Positions 10,270-20,858 of a stretch of 64,000 nt of DNA are shown piece by piece. The position numbers and the translations under genes are program-made. Position 1 is the stretch's first letter; each line of letters begins with the position of its first letter. The notes under the pieces are model-generated. The model worked only from the letters and a program-made list of their open reading frames with translations, made no database searches and had not been told where the DNA came from. The stretch spans positions 167,789 to 231,788 of IMG/VR virus record IMGVR_UViG_3300028608_000006. One strand, written 5' to 3'.

Positions 10270-11589
10270 TTAAGGCGTGTTAACCTTGATGGAAGTATGG
10301 CAGAGTTCGATCAGGCCAGCGATGATCAGAACCAGATAGCTGTTCACCGCAACGCGGATGTCCAGCAGCTCCATTTGGTTCTTCCGCACGATGGCAGAGA
10401 AAGTAACCAGGAGTTTGTGTTTCAGTTCTTCGCTGATGTCCGACTCGAAGAAGCCTTTGGTGATGTCGTCGCAATCGGCACCGGACAGCTTGAATTTCTC
10501 GCCGCCCTCGAAAACCTTGTTCCATTCCTTCAACACATCGCGCAGGTTTTTGACGACTGCTTTGATCTGTTGCGAAGACAGGGACATGATCTCCAGATCC
10601 AACTTCGAGTACATCAGCGGGGCCGTGTTGTCGAAGAAGGTTGTGTCGATGTCGATATAACGCTGAACGAAGTCTTCAGCCGCACCCAGGGACTTGTTGT
10701 TCCGGCCGTTGTCGTTCTGGCGAACGTCTACGAAGTAGGCACCACCCATCAGTTCAACGGATTGCTTGGCAGTGATGCCACCGGTCGAATGCTGAGGGCA
10801 CGGGTAGGTGCATTCCTTGAAGCGTTCCGAAGGAATGGAGATCGGCAACAGCGCAAAACGCTCTTCAGCTTGGGCTTGGCTCAGACCAGAGAAACCGCCG
10901 AAGAAGGCCAGCGTCGAGTTGAGGCTGTTGCGGTTGTTGAGGTAGTAGTTCTGGCTCAAGCCGGACAGGGAGCGGCTCAGCTTGGTCAGATCTTCAGACC
11001 AGTTCTCGCTGACCTTGCCATTCACCTTGAACAGGTTGAACAGACGGTTGCCCAGGAGAATCTTTTCACGGTCCTTTTCGAACGGTGGGGAAGAGTTGAT
11101 CGAGTTTTCCAGCAAGTCCACCGAACCAGCCAGAGAGTCCTGACTTTGGGTGAACAGGATGTAAGCCTCTTTAAAGCTAATCCCCATCTGCGAAACGATC
11201 GAACGGGACTTCTTGAAGAAATCCTCCATGAAGCTCTCACAGCCTACCAGGCGCGTGAAAAGGTAATCTTTGGGCATCAGGGTAAACCCCAGTGCTTCAG
11301 AGCCTTCTACGGCGCTCATACCGTCTGCTGGAGGGATGTCCACTTCGGAACGCGCCAGCTGGGCATCCATGACTTGTGCCAGGGTGGGAGACACTTCGTG
11401 GGCCTTGAGGGCTTGCAGGGTATCTTTCACGGACTGAACACGATCACGCGAGTTGTCCAGTTCGTTCTGGTAACGGCTGAGGTCACCCGTTTCCGTGGCG
11501 CTGGCTACGAGTTCCGCAGACGTCACCACGTTAATGGCGGCCATCTCAGCCGCCAGCTTTTCGTTTGCAAGTACCTCAGGACTAGCCAT
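10270..11589 (-). CDS. Head protein, gp92/93-type family
   Basis: GSE/A and GCE/SFMEDFFKK sites after an acidic propeptide. Confidence 0.6.
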   Translation of the reverse strand: MASPEVLANEKLAAEMAAINVVTSAELVASATETGDLSRYQNELDNSRDRVQSVKDTLQALKAHEVSPTLAQVMDAQLARSEVDIPPADGMSAVEGSEALGFTLMPKDYLFTRLVGCESFMEDFFKKSRSIVSQMGISFKEAYILFTQSQDSLAGSVDLLENSINSSPPFEKDREKILLGNRLFNLFKVNGKVSENWSEDLTKLSRSLSGLSQNYYLNNRNSLNSTLAFFGGFSGLSQAQAEERFALLPISIPSERFKECTYPCPQHSTGGITAKQSVELMGGAYFVDVRQNDNGRNNKSLGAAEDFVQRYIDIDTTFFDNTAPLMYSKLDLEIMSLSSQQIKAVVKNLRDVLKEWNKVFEGGEKFKLSGADCDDITKGFFESDISEELKHKLLVTFSAIVRKNQMELLDIRVAVNSYLVLIIAGLIELCHTSIKVNTP

Positions 11590-12094
11590 AGTAATTTTCC
11601 CCGCCCAGGAGTAGAAGGATACGTCCTACAGCGGCTGGACCGACGCCCGCGGCAAGACGATAAAGGTCGTAGTCTTCCAGACGGTAGCCGTCCTTCAGAA
11701 ACGGTTCTGTGGTGCCAGGCCGGTGACGGGTCTGGTACGTAGCAGATCGGGCGCGGGCAGAGGCTTCAAGAGCGTGTTCTTCCATGCGCAGCGAAGTCAA
11801 GATCGTTTGGTGACCTTGCTTGCCGTTGAGGTAATGCACGATATCGCGAATCAGGTTCGCCAGAGGCCCACGGCCGCCATCGAAGTTGATCTCGAGGAAC
11901 TGAGCGAAGTTGTTACCGGTCAGGCGCTTTGCTTCCCGCAGTGTTTCCACGGCAACGTAGCCTTTGATAACCAACTCGAAGTCGTTGTAGGAATCCTGCC
12001 GCAGAAGGCGCAGGTTCCTGAACGAGCCACTCAGATCCTGATCGGACAACGACGCTTCCACGTAGCCGTTTTTGATCAGTCTGTAATCAGGCAT
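11582..12094 (-). CDS. Conserved head-cluster hypothetical protein
   Basis: Start revised to ATG at 12094 (MPDYRL...), which overlaps the upstream stop by 8 nt; 170 aa. Confidence 0.6.
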   Translation of the reverse strand: MPDYRLIKNGYVEASLSDQDLSGSFRNLRLLRQDSYNDFELVIKGYVAVETLREAKRLTGNNFAQFLEINFDGGRGPLANLIRDIVHYLNGKQGHQTILTSLRMEEHALEASARARSATYQTRHRPGTTEPFLKDGYRLEDYDLYRLAAGVGPAAVGRILLLLGGENYYG

Positions 12095-12968
12095 ATTTCT
12101 TCTCGATCTGTTCGATGGCAACAGTGTTCTTGATGATCTCGTCTTGGTAGATTTCGATCTGACGTTCGAGCTGTGGATCTTCACCGCCACCTTTCTTGTT
12201 GATGGCTTGCGAGATCTTCATCGCGAACAGTTCGTTATCACGACGCATGTTTTCGATGCGCATGATGTTGATCTTGGCCCAGGCCAGGTGGAACCAGAAC
12301 ACTGGGTTGACCATGTGCACGCCGAAGCCTTGCTTGAGCAGGTCGACCTTGGCATCGCCCTCCATGCTTTCCAGCACGTCCAGGGAGTTCTGGCTGACTT
12401 CCACATCCGGCACGCTGTTGAGGCGCAGGAGGATGCCACGGGAGCCCTTGAGCAGCTCGACGGTCAGGGTACGGAAGAACAACTCGGTACCATTGATCCA
12501 GCGCGTGTCATACTTCGACAGGTACTGGTCAGGCTGGATGTCCTTGTTGTTCATGGTCAGCAATACATCGAAGACCATACGCACGTACTTGATCCAGAAG
12601 GTCAGGTGCTCGATCAGGTTGAGGATGTTCACCTGTTTAAGGGTGATCAACTTACCGTCCCAGATCTTTTCGTTGTAGCCCTTGATCAACTTGATCGTTT
12701 CAGGTACCAACGCCTGGATGCAGGCAAGACCAGCGGAAATGGTTTCCGGCAGCTCACCCATGTGCACACCATTGGCACGCAGAGCTTTTTCCAGACCCTT
12801 GGTGATGATCCAGTGGCCGGCCACGGCGCTCAGGTCCACATTGCTGTTCTTGATACGAGCAATGTTGGATTCGAGATCAGTGGCGGCAACAGTGATGTTC
12901 AGCAAGGAGGAGATGATGTCTTCTTGCTTGAACGTCTGTACGCCAGCACTATATTCAACTGCGTTCAT
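12087..12968 (-). CDS. Head protein (phiKZ gp90-like position)
   Basis: 293-aa helical ORF adjacent to the gp89-like gene; C-terminal coiled coil. Confidence 0.55.
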   Translation of the reverse strand: MNAVEYSAGVQTFKQEDIISSLLNITVAATDLESNIARIKNSNVDLSAVAGHWIITKGLEKALRANGVHMGELPETISAGLACIQALVPETIKLIKGYNEKIWDGKLITLKQVNILNLIEHLTFWIKYVRMVFDVLLTMNNKDIQPDQYLSKYDTRWINGTELFFRTLTVELLKGSRGILLRLNSVPDVEVSQNSLDVLESMEGDAKVDLLKQGFGVHMVNPVFWFHLAWAKINIMRIENMRRDNELFAMKISQAINKKGGGEDPQLERQIEIYQDEIIKNTVAIEQIEKKYA

Positions 12969-14081
12969 TTACGCACCCCCGTTCAACAGTTTGACCAGAT
13001 CAGCCAGCGTGTTGCTGCCGGTGTCTTTCTTGGATTTGGACGACAGATCCTTACGGGTGTAAGTCTCCGCCATGTTCGCGCCGTGCGTGTAGAACGTGTA
13101 GATACCACGGTCTTCGTTGCACACGACGATGGTGTTGGCCTTGACCGCCGAGAAGATCGACTCACGGGACTTCGCATCGTCAAAGCGCTTACCGATATCC
13201 AGCTCGAGCTGGTTAGCAGTGTCCTTGGTGAAGACGAAGGTGTTGGCCAGGTTGTTGAAACTGACCAGACCGGTACGGATCGCCGCCATGCGGTTGCCGG
13301 TTTCGCGGTTCAGGGCTTCTTTGTAGTAGCCGGACATGTCTTCGTTCTTGAGGCGGAAGCGCTCTTTCACGATGTCCAGACCGCTGACGAATTCCGGGGA
13401 GGTGATCTCACCAGTCTTGACCATCAGCATGCGAGCCCAGAAACCGTCGTCGCCTTTGGCAGCCGAGAAGACACGAGCCAAGTCTTTCGGTTGAGTCGGA
13501 ACTGGGATCTGACGGAAGGTCAGCGGGAATTCGATCTTGGCACCGTTGTCACCGTAGATAGTCGCGTTGACTACCTTGCCGATGGCCAGCGGAGCGAACT
13601 CGTGGATGTCCGGGAAGGTCTTGCCGCCAACCTGTACATAGTTGGTCTTGCCTTCGTCGTCGTCCTTCTTGTCGTCTTCATTGCCGACGATGTTGTCGTT
13701 CAACGCCTCAGCACCCAGGATCGACAGCATGCCGCCGCGATTTGGGTTGATGGTGCCGACGATGTCACGGACCTTGACACCCATGCCAGCAGAGTTCTGC
13801 AAAGCCAGGTGAGTCAGGGTGGCCACGACGTCACGCAACATGATGATTTGGATCAAGTCGGACATGAATTCTTGGTGCAGCAGCGAGCCTTCAATCACGC
13901 ACATTGGGGCAATGATTGCTTGGTTCGCGGACTGTGTCACCGACGTGGTGGAAACCACATTGTATGAATGTTTTGCCCGCTCGGCTACCTGAGCAGCCGA
14001 CCCGATATCTTTGCTGTCTGGGTAGATCTTAGACGCGAAGTCGAGAAAGAACGACCCCAGATTAAGTACACTTCCGATCAT
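12969..14081 (-). CDS. Head protein (phiKZ gp89-like position)
   Basis: 370 aa with internal GAE and GNE sites; divergent from the + strand baseplate pair. Confidence 0.55.
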   Translation of the reverse strand: MIGSVLNLGSFFLDFASKIYPDSKDIGSAAQVAERAKHSYNVVSTTSVTQSANQAIIAPMCVIEGSLLHQEFMSDLIQIIMLRDVVATLTHLALQNSAGMGVKVRDIVGTINPNRGGMLSILGAEALNDNIVGNEDDKKDDDEGKTNYVQVGGKTFPDIHEFAPLAIGKVVNATIYGDNGAKIEFPLTFRQIPVPTQPKDLARVFSAAKGDDGFWARMLMVKTGEITSPEFVSGLDIVKERFRLKNEDMSGYYKEALNRETGNRMAAIRTGLVSFNNLANTFVFTKDTANQLELDIGKRFDDAKSRESIFSAVKANTIVVCNEDRGIYTFYTHGANMAETYTRKDLSSKSKKDTGSNTLADLVKLLNGGA

Positions 14082-14108
14082 GTTAACCTCTCCAAGAAGG
14101 AATAATTT

Positions 14109-15182
14109 ATGGCTGATAGCCCAAGTTCTAATGAGGGATGGTTTGACGGGACACCAGGAAACGAGAAACCTACTGTCGCGCTTGATTCACATAGCGTCCC
14201 CGAATACCTAGATTATGCGTTCAGAGAAAATGGTGGACCTGGTTACCAGAGTGCGTTGGTTAACATGCTCCGAGGCATCAGAATTCTCGGTCCAGGGAAC
14301 CAGCTAGCGCCCATCCCCGACGACACCATAGGATTAGCGTTTGTTAGCCGTCCGATGTTGAACCTGTCTGACGAAAACGTCATTAAACACCCGCAGTTGG
14401 CTCCTTTGTACAAGCCTCAGAAAAACACGCTGATGGCTTACATTAAAGGTTTGCTGGATCCGACGTGGGGACGTGGTAACAGTGGGCTCACCGACATCCT
14501 TGATCCGTTGTATCCCTGGATCCCACCGTGCTCCAACTTCCTCAAGGTTAGCTCGGGCTTTCCTGACCTGCAATTGACCATGGGTAAGTCGACTCCTGGT
14601 TTCCGTAAAGAAGTTTACCAGTACGTGAACAGCGTGCTTAAAGTGAACTACGATTACGACATGCGTCAGTCCTACCACACGTCCAAGCCTAGCGTGCTTC
14701 CTTATATGTTTGAAGCTTGGGTCCACTACATCGAAGCGGTGAAGTTGGGCGATGAAGGGATGGAGCCTTATCCCGAGGCATTGATCGAGAACTACGTCGA
14801 TTACGACTGCCGCATCTACCACATGATCTTGAACAAGGACATGCGGAGTATCGAGTGGTTGTTCTGTAGCGGTAGTTCCGTGCCTACGACGTTCCCATCG
14901 GGTGCCTTCAGTACCATCGACCGGACACAGAATACGTTGCGTGGTCAAGGGCAGGATGAGCTGGAGATTAACTTCTCCTCCGTGGGATTCCGTTTCGGTA
15001 ACATTCAAATTGCCGACATGTTCAACCGCACCACCGTCAAGTTCAACCCAGGTATGTTGCCTGCGGTGCGTGAGCAAAATTACCGTCTGTTGTCCATGTC
15101 CGAGTATTTCTCTGGTGGGTATGAAGTGTACCCGTGGATCAACATTGACACCATGAAGTTAGAATACTGGAGTCGGCTCTAA
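14109..15182 (+). CDS. Putative tail-tube-fold baseplate protein (T4 gp48/gp54-like; gp88 position)
   Basis: Pattern FEAWVHYI...YDCRIYHMIL...PTTFP...ELEINF resembles tube-fold proteins; inference. Confidence 0.45.
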   Translation: MADSPSSNEGWFDGTPGNEKPTVALDSHSVPEYLDYAFRENGGPGYQSALVNMLRGIRILGPGNQLAPIPDDTIGLAFVSRPMLNLSDENVIKHPQLAPLYKPQKNTLMAYIKGLLDPTWGRGNSGLTDILDPLYPWIPPCSNFLKVSSGFPDLQLTMGKSTPGFRKEVYQYVNSVLKVNYDYDMRQSYHTSKPSVLPYMFEAWVHYIEAVKLGDEGMEPYPEALIENYVDYDCRIYHMILNKDMRSIEWLFCSGSSVPTTFPSGAFSTIDRTQNTLRGQGQDELEINFSSVGFRFGNIQIADMFNRTTVKFNPGMLPAVREQNYRLLSMSEYFSGGYEVYPWINIDTMKLEYWSRL

Positions 15183-18109
15183 TGGCTATGTCCCAAGATG
15201 ACCTGGAACGGTTGGCGAATAACCCACAGCGTGGGATCAACCTGATCATTGACGAAGTCGAACGCAACTGGTTTAACGGCACCGTCAAGCTGAACAGCAA
15301 AGCTCACCCCGCTGTACTCTGCATGGACCTGATCCTGGGTACCTCGCATGGCTTCCTGAACCGTTTGAGTGATGCCACCAGTAAGGTGGCCTTGAAGCAC
15401 GCTCGTAACGTCAGCGACCTCAGCCGCAACATGGGTGACGACGAACGCTTTGGTCTGTTCGCCATGCCGTCGGAATCCACCATGCAGTGGGCGATCTCCG
15501 AAGATGCTTTCAAAGAGATCTCGAAAGAAGTCACGGTCGTTCAGGGTAAGACCACCTTTACCTACCAAGCGATCCTGATTCCTAAGGACTCGACCTTCGA
15601 CGTTAACGGTTATTCCTTTGCTGTTAACAACGGTGTTGAAATCCGCTGGAGTGAGAAGGCTGGTTGGCAGGCTGTGTACGACGAGCAGACCAATAACCCG
15701 TTCCAACCGATCGGCACTAACCTGATCGACAAGGACAAGAAGATTGTTAACGGTACGGTTTACCGACTGTTCAACATTCCGGTGACTCAGCTGGCTATTA
15801 AGTCGGTCGAGAACATCACGTCCAACGAAGGCTCGGGTTGCCGCGGCACTGTTGAGTATCCGGACTACCTGTTCGGTGTGCGTGCGTTCTTGGTCAAGGA
15901 CAACGTCCTGAAGGAGATTGCGGTCAGTTACGATCAGGATGTATTCGATCCACTGACGGTGACGCTGGCGCTGGACATCGACACAGTGAACAACCTGTTC
16001 AACTACGAGATCCCGGACGTCTACATCACCAACAAGCTGGGTACGGGCTCCATTCGCATTTACGCTTACACCACCAAAGGGGAACTGACCAAGAACCTCA
16101 CCCTGACCCCTTCGCAGGTGATCATCCCGAACTACCAGGACTTCCGTTACGGTGCAGGTAAGCTGGGTGATACCTCGGCCATGCTGCGTAACGCCAAGGG
16201 TGCTGCGTGGGCCATGACCACGGTTACCACTGGTGGTAGCAACCCGATCCCGTTCAACCAGATGAAGCAAGCCCTCATCGATGATCGTCGTCAACGTAAC
16301 ACCCCGATTACTCAGAGCAACCTGAAAGGCAAGGTTGAGAACTACGGTTACGGTTCTGTGAAGACCATCGACTACCTGACCGGTCGCGCATACTCCCTGA
16401 GCAAGGAACTCCCTATTCAGGACAACAAGGGCTTCTACGCTCCGATGTCTTGCTACGTGGGCAGTCACTTGGCTTCGGCGAACGATCTGGTGGGCGCAGG
16501 TGTGGTGCTGGACAACGGTAAGCGCATTACCATCCCGCACAACGTCTTGTTCGATATCACCTCGCCTACGTCTAAGTTGGTTAACCAAATCAACAAAGAT
16601 CGCTACTTGGGGATGTCGAGTGAACAGCTGGTTGACTTGACCGCTGATAGCACTCTGGTCTACACGCCGTTCTACTACGTGCTGGACATGACCAACAACC
16701 AAGCTGTGCTGCGCACTTATCACCTTGATGCACCGGTGGTTCGTAACCAGACCTTCGTGGCGGAGAACTCTACCCTGGGCTTTGAACTGGGTGTGGGTTC
16801 GATTGCGATTGACCACATCGACACGGGTTACCTGATCACAGTCGTGACCAAGTCTAACGATGCGTATAAACAGCTGGACAACAACCAGCTGGGTCTGCAA
16901 CTGTCGATCAACCCACAAGACTCCAGTAGCCTGGCCAGTATTGCGGGTGTGTTGGTGGGCGTGACTGAAGACAACGAACGTATTTGGGAATTCCGTATGG
17001 AGACCAAGTTCGATGTGGACGTCAACGATATCATCTACTTCACCAACCTGCATCAGTTCGGTACGGTTCAGCCAAGCACTGGCTCGACACTGGCCATCGA
17101 CATGACCTTCATCTTCTGCTTCGTAGGGGACATGGAGTTCAGTAAGTCGGACTCTGATGCGAAGATCGATCAAACCATCTTCCCTGAAGACATGGTGGCG
17201 ATCATCGAAACCAGCTACGGTATTACCTTCGGGAAACTGATGGGTAACCTGTACAGCCGGATTCGTCCGTTGGTGGGTGAGGCGCAGTACCTGCGTTACG
17301 CGGCTGACGTTCCTGAGACTTATCAGGACAACAAGCTGAAGCGTGAGAACGGTGAGTTGGTGTTCGATCCTGAAACTGGACTGCCTATCCTGGAGCACAA
17401 GATCGGGGATGTGGTGTACAACGACAATGGCACCCCTCGTCTATTGTACCGCGCTGGCGTGGACGTGGTGGTGGATGCACAAGGCAAGCCGGTTGAGGTA
17501 GCGCCTCGTGACTTGAAGTACCATTGGGACTTCATTGCTTTCGACGGTAACTACTTCTTCTCTGACGACCCGTATGACATCCAGTTTGCTCTGGATACGA
17601 AGAACTACTTCGTTAACGTCATCACCAAAGACATGGAAGCCTTTACCTCGGAAGCGCTGGACCGTACTGACTTGTTCTACCAGCCGCGCAGTAAGCTGGG
17701 GTACCAAAAGGTTGTGGTCAACAGCAACTACGAGTCGTTCCTCAAGCAGGACCTGGAATTCACCATTACGTATTACCTGACGGCCGCTGGTTATCGCAAC
17801 CAGAACCTGAAGGATGCGTTGACCGACAGCACGCCACGGGTTATCAACATGGCGCTGTACGGGGCTACCACAATCGCTATCACCAGTTTCGTTACCAGTC
17901 TGATGCAGGATGCTGGCGACCAAGTGGTGAGCGTGAAGCTGAGTGCCTTGTCGGGTGACACCACTGTTGACGTTATCAGTAACGCCGACACACTCACTGG
18001 CTTCTGCGTTCGCAAGATGCTGAAGTTGTCGGGTGATGGTGGTGTGGGTGTTAAGGAGGCGATTGACGTCATCTTCTTGCCGCACGATGCCAGTACCGCA
18101 AATATCTAA
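15182..18109 (+). CDS. Putative baseplate wedge protein (T4 gp6/P2 gpJ-like; gp87 position)
   Basis: 975 aa; TTGGSNPIPFNQMKQALIDDRRQRNTPITQSNL resembles the GG-x-D-x-E...R-A-V-T wedge motif. Confidence 0.5.
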   Translation: MAMSQDDLERLANNPQRGINLIIDEVERNWFNGTVKLNSKAHPAVLCMDLILGTSHGFLNRLSDATSKVALKHARNVSDLSRNMGDDERFGLFAMPSESTMQWAISEDAFKEISKEVTVVQGKTTFTYQAILIPKDSTFDVNGYSFAVNNGVEIRWSEKAGWQAVYDEQTNNPFQPIGTNLIDKDKKIVNGTVYRLFNIPVTQLAIKSVENITSNEGSGCRGTVEYPDYLFGVRAFLVKDNVLKEIAVSYDQDVFDPLTVTLALDIDTVNNLFNYEIPDVYITNKLGTGSIRIYAYTTKGELTKNLTLTPSQVIIPNYQDFRYGAGKLGDTSAMLRNAKGAAWAMTTVTTGGSNPIPFNQMKQALIDDRRQRNTPITQSNLKGKVENYGYGSVKTIDYLTGRAYSLSKELPIQDNKGFYAPMSCYVGSHLASANDLVGAGVVLDNGKRITIPHNVLFDITSPTSKLVNQINKDRYLGMSSEQLVDLTADSTLVYTPFYYVLDMTNNQAVLRTYHLDAPVVRNQTFVAENSTLGFELGVGSIAIDHIDTGYLITVVTKSNDAYKQLDNNQLGLQLSINPQDSSSLASIAGVLVGVTEDNERIWEFRMETKFDVDVNDIIYFTNLHQFGTVQPSTGSTLAIDMTFIFCFVGDMEFSKSDSDAKIDQTIFPEDMVAIIETSYGITFGKLMGNLYSRIRPLVGEAQYLRYAADVPETYQDNKLKRENGELVFDPETGLPILEHKIGDVVYNDNGTPRLLYRAGVDVVVDAQGKPVEVAPRDLKYHWDFIAFDGNYFFSDDPYDIQFALDTKNYFVNVITKDMEAFTSEALDRTDLFYQPRSKLGYQKVVVNSNYESFLKQDLEFTITYYLTAAGYRNQNLKDALTDSTPRVINMALYGATTIAITSFVTSLMQDAGDQVVSVKLSALSGDTTVDVISNADTLTGFCVRKMLKLSGDGGVGVKEAIDVIFLPHDASTANI

Positions 18110-18117
18110 AGGCAAAC

Positions 18118-18158
18118 ATAACCCCTACCCCAGCCAGCAACGGCGGGGTAGGGGTTAT
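18118..18158. terminator. Hairpin between convergent genes (probably bidirectional terminator)
   Basis: Perfect 14-bp stem ataacccctacccc / ggggtaggggttat. Confidence 0.75.
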
Positions 18159-18170
18159 TCACGCTTGCGC

Positions 18171-18887
18171 TCAGTCCGGATCAGTGAAGGAGTGCAGGTA
18201 GCCCGCAAACAACAGCGAGAGTTCCATGACTGCATCCAGCGAACCAAACCGCCAGTCCACATCAGACAGGCTCACGCTGTAGGACGTCGGGAAGTTTTCC
18301 TCGATGAACTTGTCGTGAGCTTTGCCGATCAGGTCGGGGATGTTTTCCAGGAACAGGTAGTCACCGTTTTCAACGGATTCCACGGTAGTGGTCAAGTCGA
18401 CCCACTTCTTTGGACCCGAAGCCAACAGCTGAGCTTTGATCTCGTACACACCCCAGTTAACGAAGTTGATGTAACGAGACACCTGAGCCTTAACAACGTT
18501 GAGCATCCGGGCCGTGTCAGGACAGTCCAGAGGGCGTGCGTTGATGTTGTCCAGGATCACCTGCACTTCGCTTTGGATGTAAACACCCATCCCGTTGAAG
18601 TACTGACGAGTCTTGTCCGTGCTGATGGAATCGCTGATGCGCTTGTCCAGCCCCATGTTGAGGATGATCTGACCATTCTCCTTAGGGAACGTGCTGTACA
18701 TGCGAACCTTCAGGTCGTTCGCTTCACGGGTTGGCCAGAAGCGGTTGATGATCTCGTTGGCTTCCTTCAGGCTGACACCCTCACGAAGTTGTTCCGCCAA
18801 GGTCTTCAACGCATCAGTATGCGCAACCATCTCTTCGCGTGCCGCATTACGGAACTCGACAAGACGATCGTAGGTAACGTCGGTCAT
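18171..18887 (-). CDS. Head-cluster hypothetical/structural protein
   Basis: 238 aa; 4-nt overlap with the upstream gene. Confidence 0.55.
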   Translation of the reverse strand: MTDVTYDRLVEFRNAAREEMVAHTDALKTLAEQLREGVSLKEANEIINRFWPTREANDLKVRMYSTFPKENGQIILNMGLDKRISDSISTDKTRQYFNGMGVYIQSEVQVILDNINARPLDCPDTARMLNVVKAQVSRYINFVNWGVYEIKAQLLASGPKKWVDLTTTVESVENGDYLFLENIPDLIGKAHDKFIEENFPTSYSVSLSDVDWRFGSLDAVMELSLLFAGYLHSFTDPD

Positions 18888-20413
18888 ACCAATTTCCCCC
18901 AGCCAGTTTGTTTGGCGAAGTTGTTGAACGAGGTTTTCACGCCGGCCAAGTCTTGGACGATGATCTCGTTCACGACCTTGCTGTTGCGTTCGTAGAAGGT
19001 CTTCGCGTCTGCGTCCTTAATAACGACCAAATCGGCCTCATAAGGGTAACCTTCCACATCGGCCGACGGACTATGGCCTTTGCTGCGCGCGTCTTGGTTG
19101 ATCTTGGCGATGGTGTCCATATCGTCAAGCAAGGCGTGGTAGTAGTAGGCGTGCGCACGGTTGTACCAGTCAACCAAGTTCGACGCCTGACGTTCTACCA
19201 GCATCAACGAGTTCGACACGCTGAAGCAGAACTGGGTGTAGCTCCGCACGTTGACACACAGTTGCTGATAAGCCGCCAGCAGGTGTGGTTGATTGTAGTA
19301 CCCAGCGATCTGCTCGATCTTGTCCGCTTCACCGCGTTCGACGATATCACCCAGTTTCCGGAAGTCGGTCTTCTGGATGTCAACGGTGTTCTCGGTGATC
19401 TCAATGTAACGCGCATTGAGGAACTGGATCTGATTGAGCAACAGCGGAACGTCCTGCTTCTGGATCTTGACGCTTTCAGTCACCAGAGTTTCCTGGATCT
19501 TCTTGCGGCATTCGCTGAAACCGTTCTGAAGCTCTTCGTTGCTGAACTTCAGGCTGTACAGAACTTCGTACAGCTTGGAGACCTGGTCCGAGATCGCATC
19601 GACGTTGAGGGCGGTGGATACTTCCAAGATCTCTTTGAGCAGGCGGTTGATTTCAGGTGAAGTTTCTGCCGTCCGTCCCAGCGAAGGGGTGCTTGCCCGA
19701 ACACGAGTCTTGGTGTACTCCTTACCGATGCTAGTCCGCAGCGCTTGGTTAGCACGGGTAATCTTGTCAGCGGACTGGTTCAGCTTAACCATGGCTTGTT
19801 GCAGCAACGGCATGGCTTCAACCAACGAGTCGATCGTACCCTGATCGGTTTCGAACTTGCTCTTCATCAGAGTCAGTTGAGCAACCCGATCCTGGTTAGG
19901 CGGCAGGTTCATCAGGAAGTTCTCGACGTTGTAGTCGGCTGCCGGGAAACCCAGACCGCTCAGCGTCGTAACGAATTCCTGTTTCATCTTGCCCAGGTTG
20001 TCGTTGATTTCCTTGTTGATGCGTGCGCTCTTACGGAAACCGAAGATACCCTTAACCGTATCCACCACCCAGTTCACCGCCATGCGGATATACTTGATGA
20101 TGTTCTCGATGAACTTCTTGAAACCTTCCACGATGGCGCCGAAGAAACCCTCAGCACCAACCCGGGCATTGCGCTCAGACGGGAACGGGTCGTAATGCTC
20201 GTGACCCACCAGTTTGAAGTGGGCGGCGACGCGCTTGGAGAACTTACCCAGTTGCAACGACTCGGCACCAGTAACCATCATGGTGGCTTCGTCTTGCTGG
20301 GTTTCCTTCCACATCTCGGTCAGATCAACACGTTGTTTCTCGGTTCCAGGCTCGTACGAATCGTCCGGGTGACCGCTGGCGACTTGTTTGTACGCGTCCA
20401 GGAATTCATTCAT
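18884..20413 (-). CDS. Processed head protein with gp93-type helix
   Basis: GAE/S and GAE/GFFGAIVEGFKKFIENIIKYI; long coiled coil. Confidence 0.65.
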   Translation of the reverse strand: MNEFLDAYKQVASGHPDDSYEPGTEKQRVDLTEMWKETQQDEATMMVTGAESLQLGKFSKRVAAHFKLVGHEHYDPFPSERNARVGAEGFFGAIVEGFKKFIENIIKYIRMAVNWVVDTVKGIFGFRKSARINKEINDNLGKMKQEFVTTLSGLGFPAADYNVENFLMNLPPNQDRVAQLTLMKSKFETDQGTIDSLVEAMPLLQQAMVKLNQSADKITRANQALRTSIGKEYTKTRVRASTPSLGRTAETSPEINRLLKEILEVSTALNVDAISDQVSKLYEVLYSLKFSNEELQNGFSECRKKIQETLVTESVKIQKQDVPLLLNQIQFLNARYIEITENTVDIQKTDFRKLGDIVERGEADKIEQIAGYYNQPHLLAAYQQLCVNVRSYTQFCFSVSNSLMLVERQASNLVDWYNRAHAYYYHALLDDMDTIAKINQDARSKGHSPSADVEGYPYEADLVVIKDADAKTFYERNSKVVNEIIVQDLAGVKTSFNNFAKQTGWGKLV

Positions 20414-20819
20414 GGCCGTTATCCAGCTCGGACATCAGGTAGTCCACCAGCACGCGGAACTGCTCGCACTGAGTGATGTCAACGCCTTCGGTGCCTTCAA
20501 CCACCACAACCACGGTGAAAGGCTCAGGCAGCTTACCTTGCAGGATCAGGGAAGCGCGCAGGCGGTTCATGCGGTCTTTAACGGTGGCGTGGACAAACGA
20601 ACCGTTGATTGGGGAGATCTTGTTCCAGCGATCCAGTTGAGCCCAGACGCGCTCTTCTTCGTTTTCGCTCAGACCGATGCTGCACGAGGATTTGAAGTGG
20701 CTGCGGATGATCGCAGTGGCGTAGGCTTCCAGCGCGAACTTGGCGCACTGCTCAGGGCAAGTGATACCCAGCTCTACCAGTTTGGCTTTGTAGTCGAGTA
20801 CGTGAGGCAAATGGGACAT
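20406..20819 (-). CDS. Small hypothetical protein
   Basis: Start revised to ATG at 20819 (SD AGGAG); 137 aa. Confidence 0.55.
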   Translation of the reverse strand: MSHLPHVLDYKAKLVELGITCPEQCAKFALEAYATAIIRSHFKSSCSIGLSENEEERVWAQLDRWNKISPINGSFVHATVKDRMNRLRASLILQGKLPEPFTVVVVVEGTEGVDITQCEQFRVLVDYLMSELDNGHE

Positions 20820-20858
20820 GGTAATGCTCCTGTTCATTAAGGGTGGCAAACTGGTGGA

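Noticed and set aside
11582-12190. Upstream extension of the 202-aa ORF as a second possible frameshift
   Set aside because: No slippery heptamer seen, and an ATG at 12094 overlapping the upstream stop explains the gene.
15179-17398. 739-aa minus-strand ORF inside the baseplate gene
   Set aside because: Antisense shadow caused by avoidance of TTA/CTA/TCA codons.
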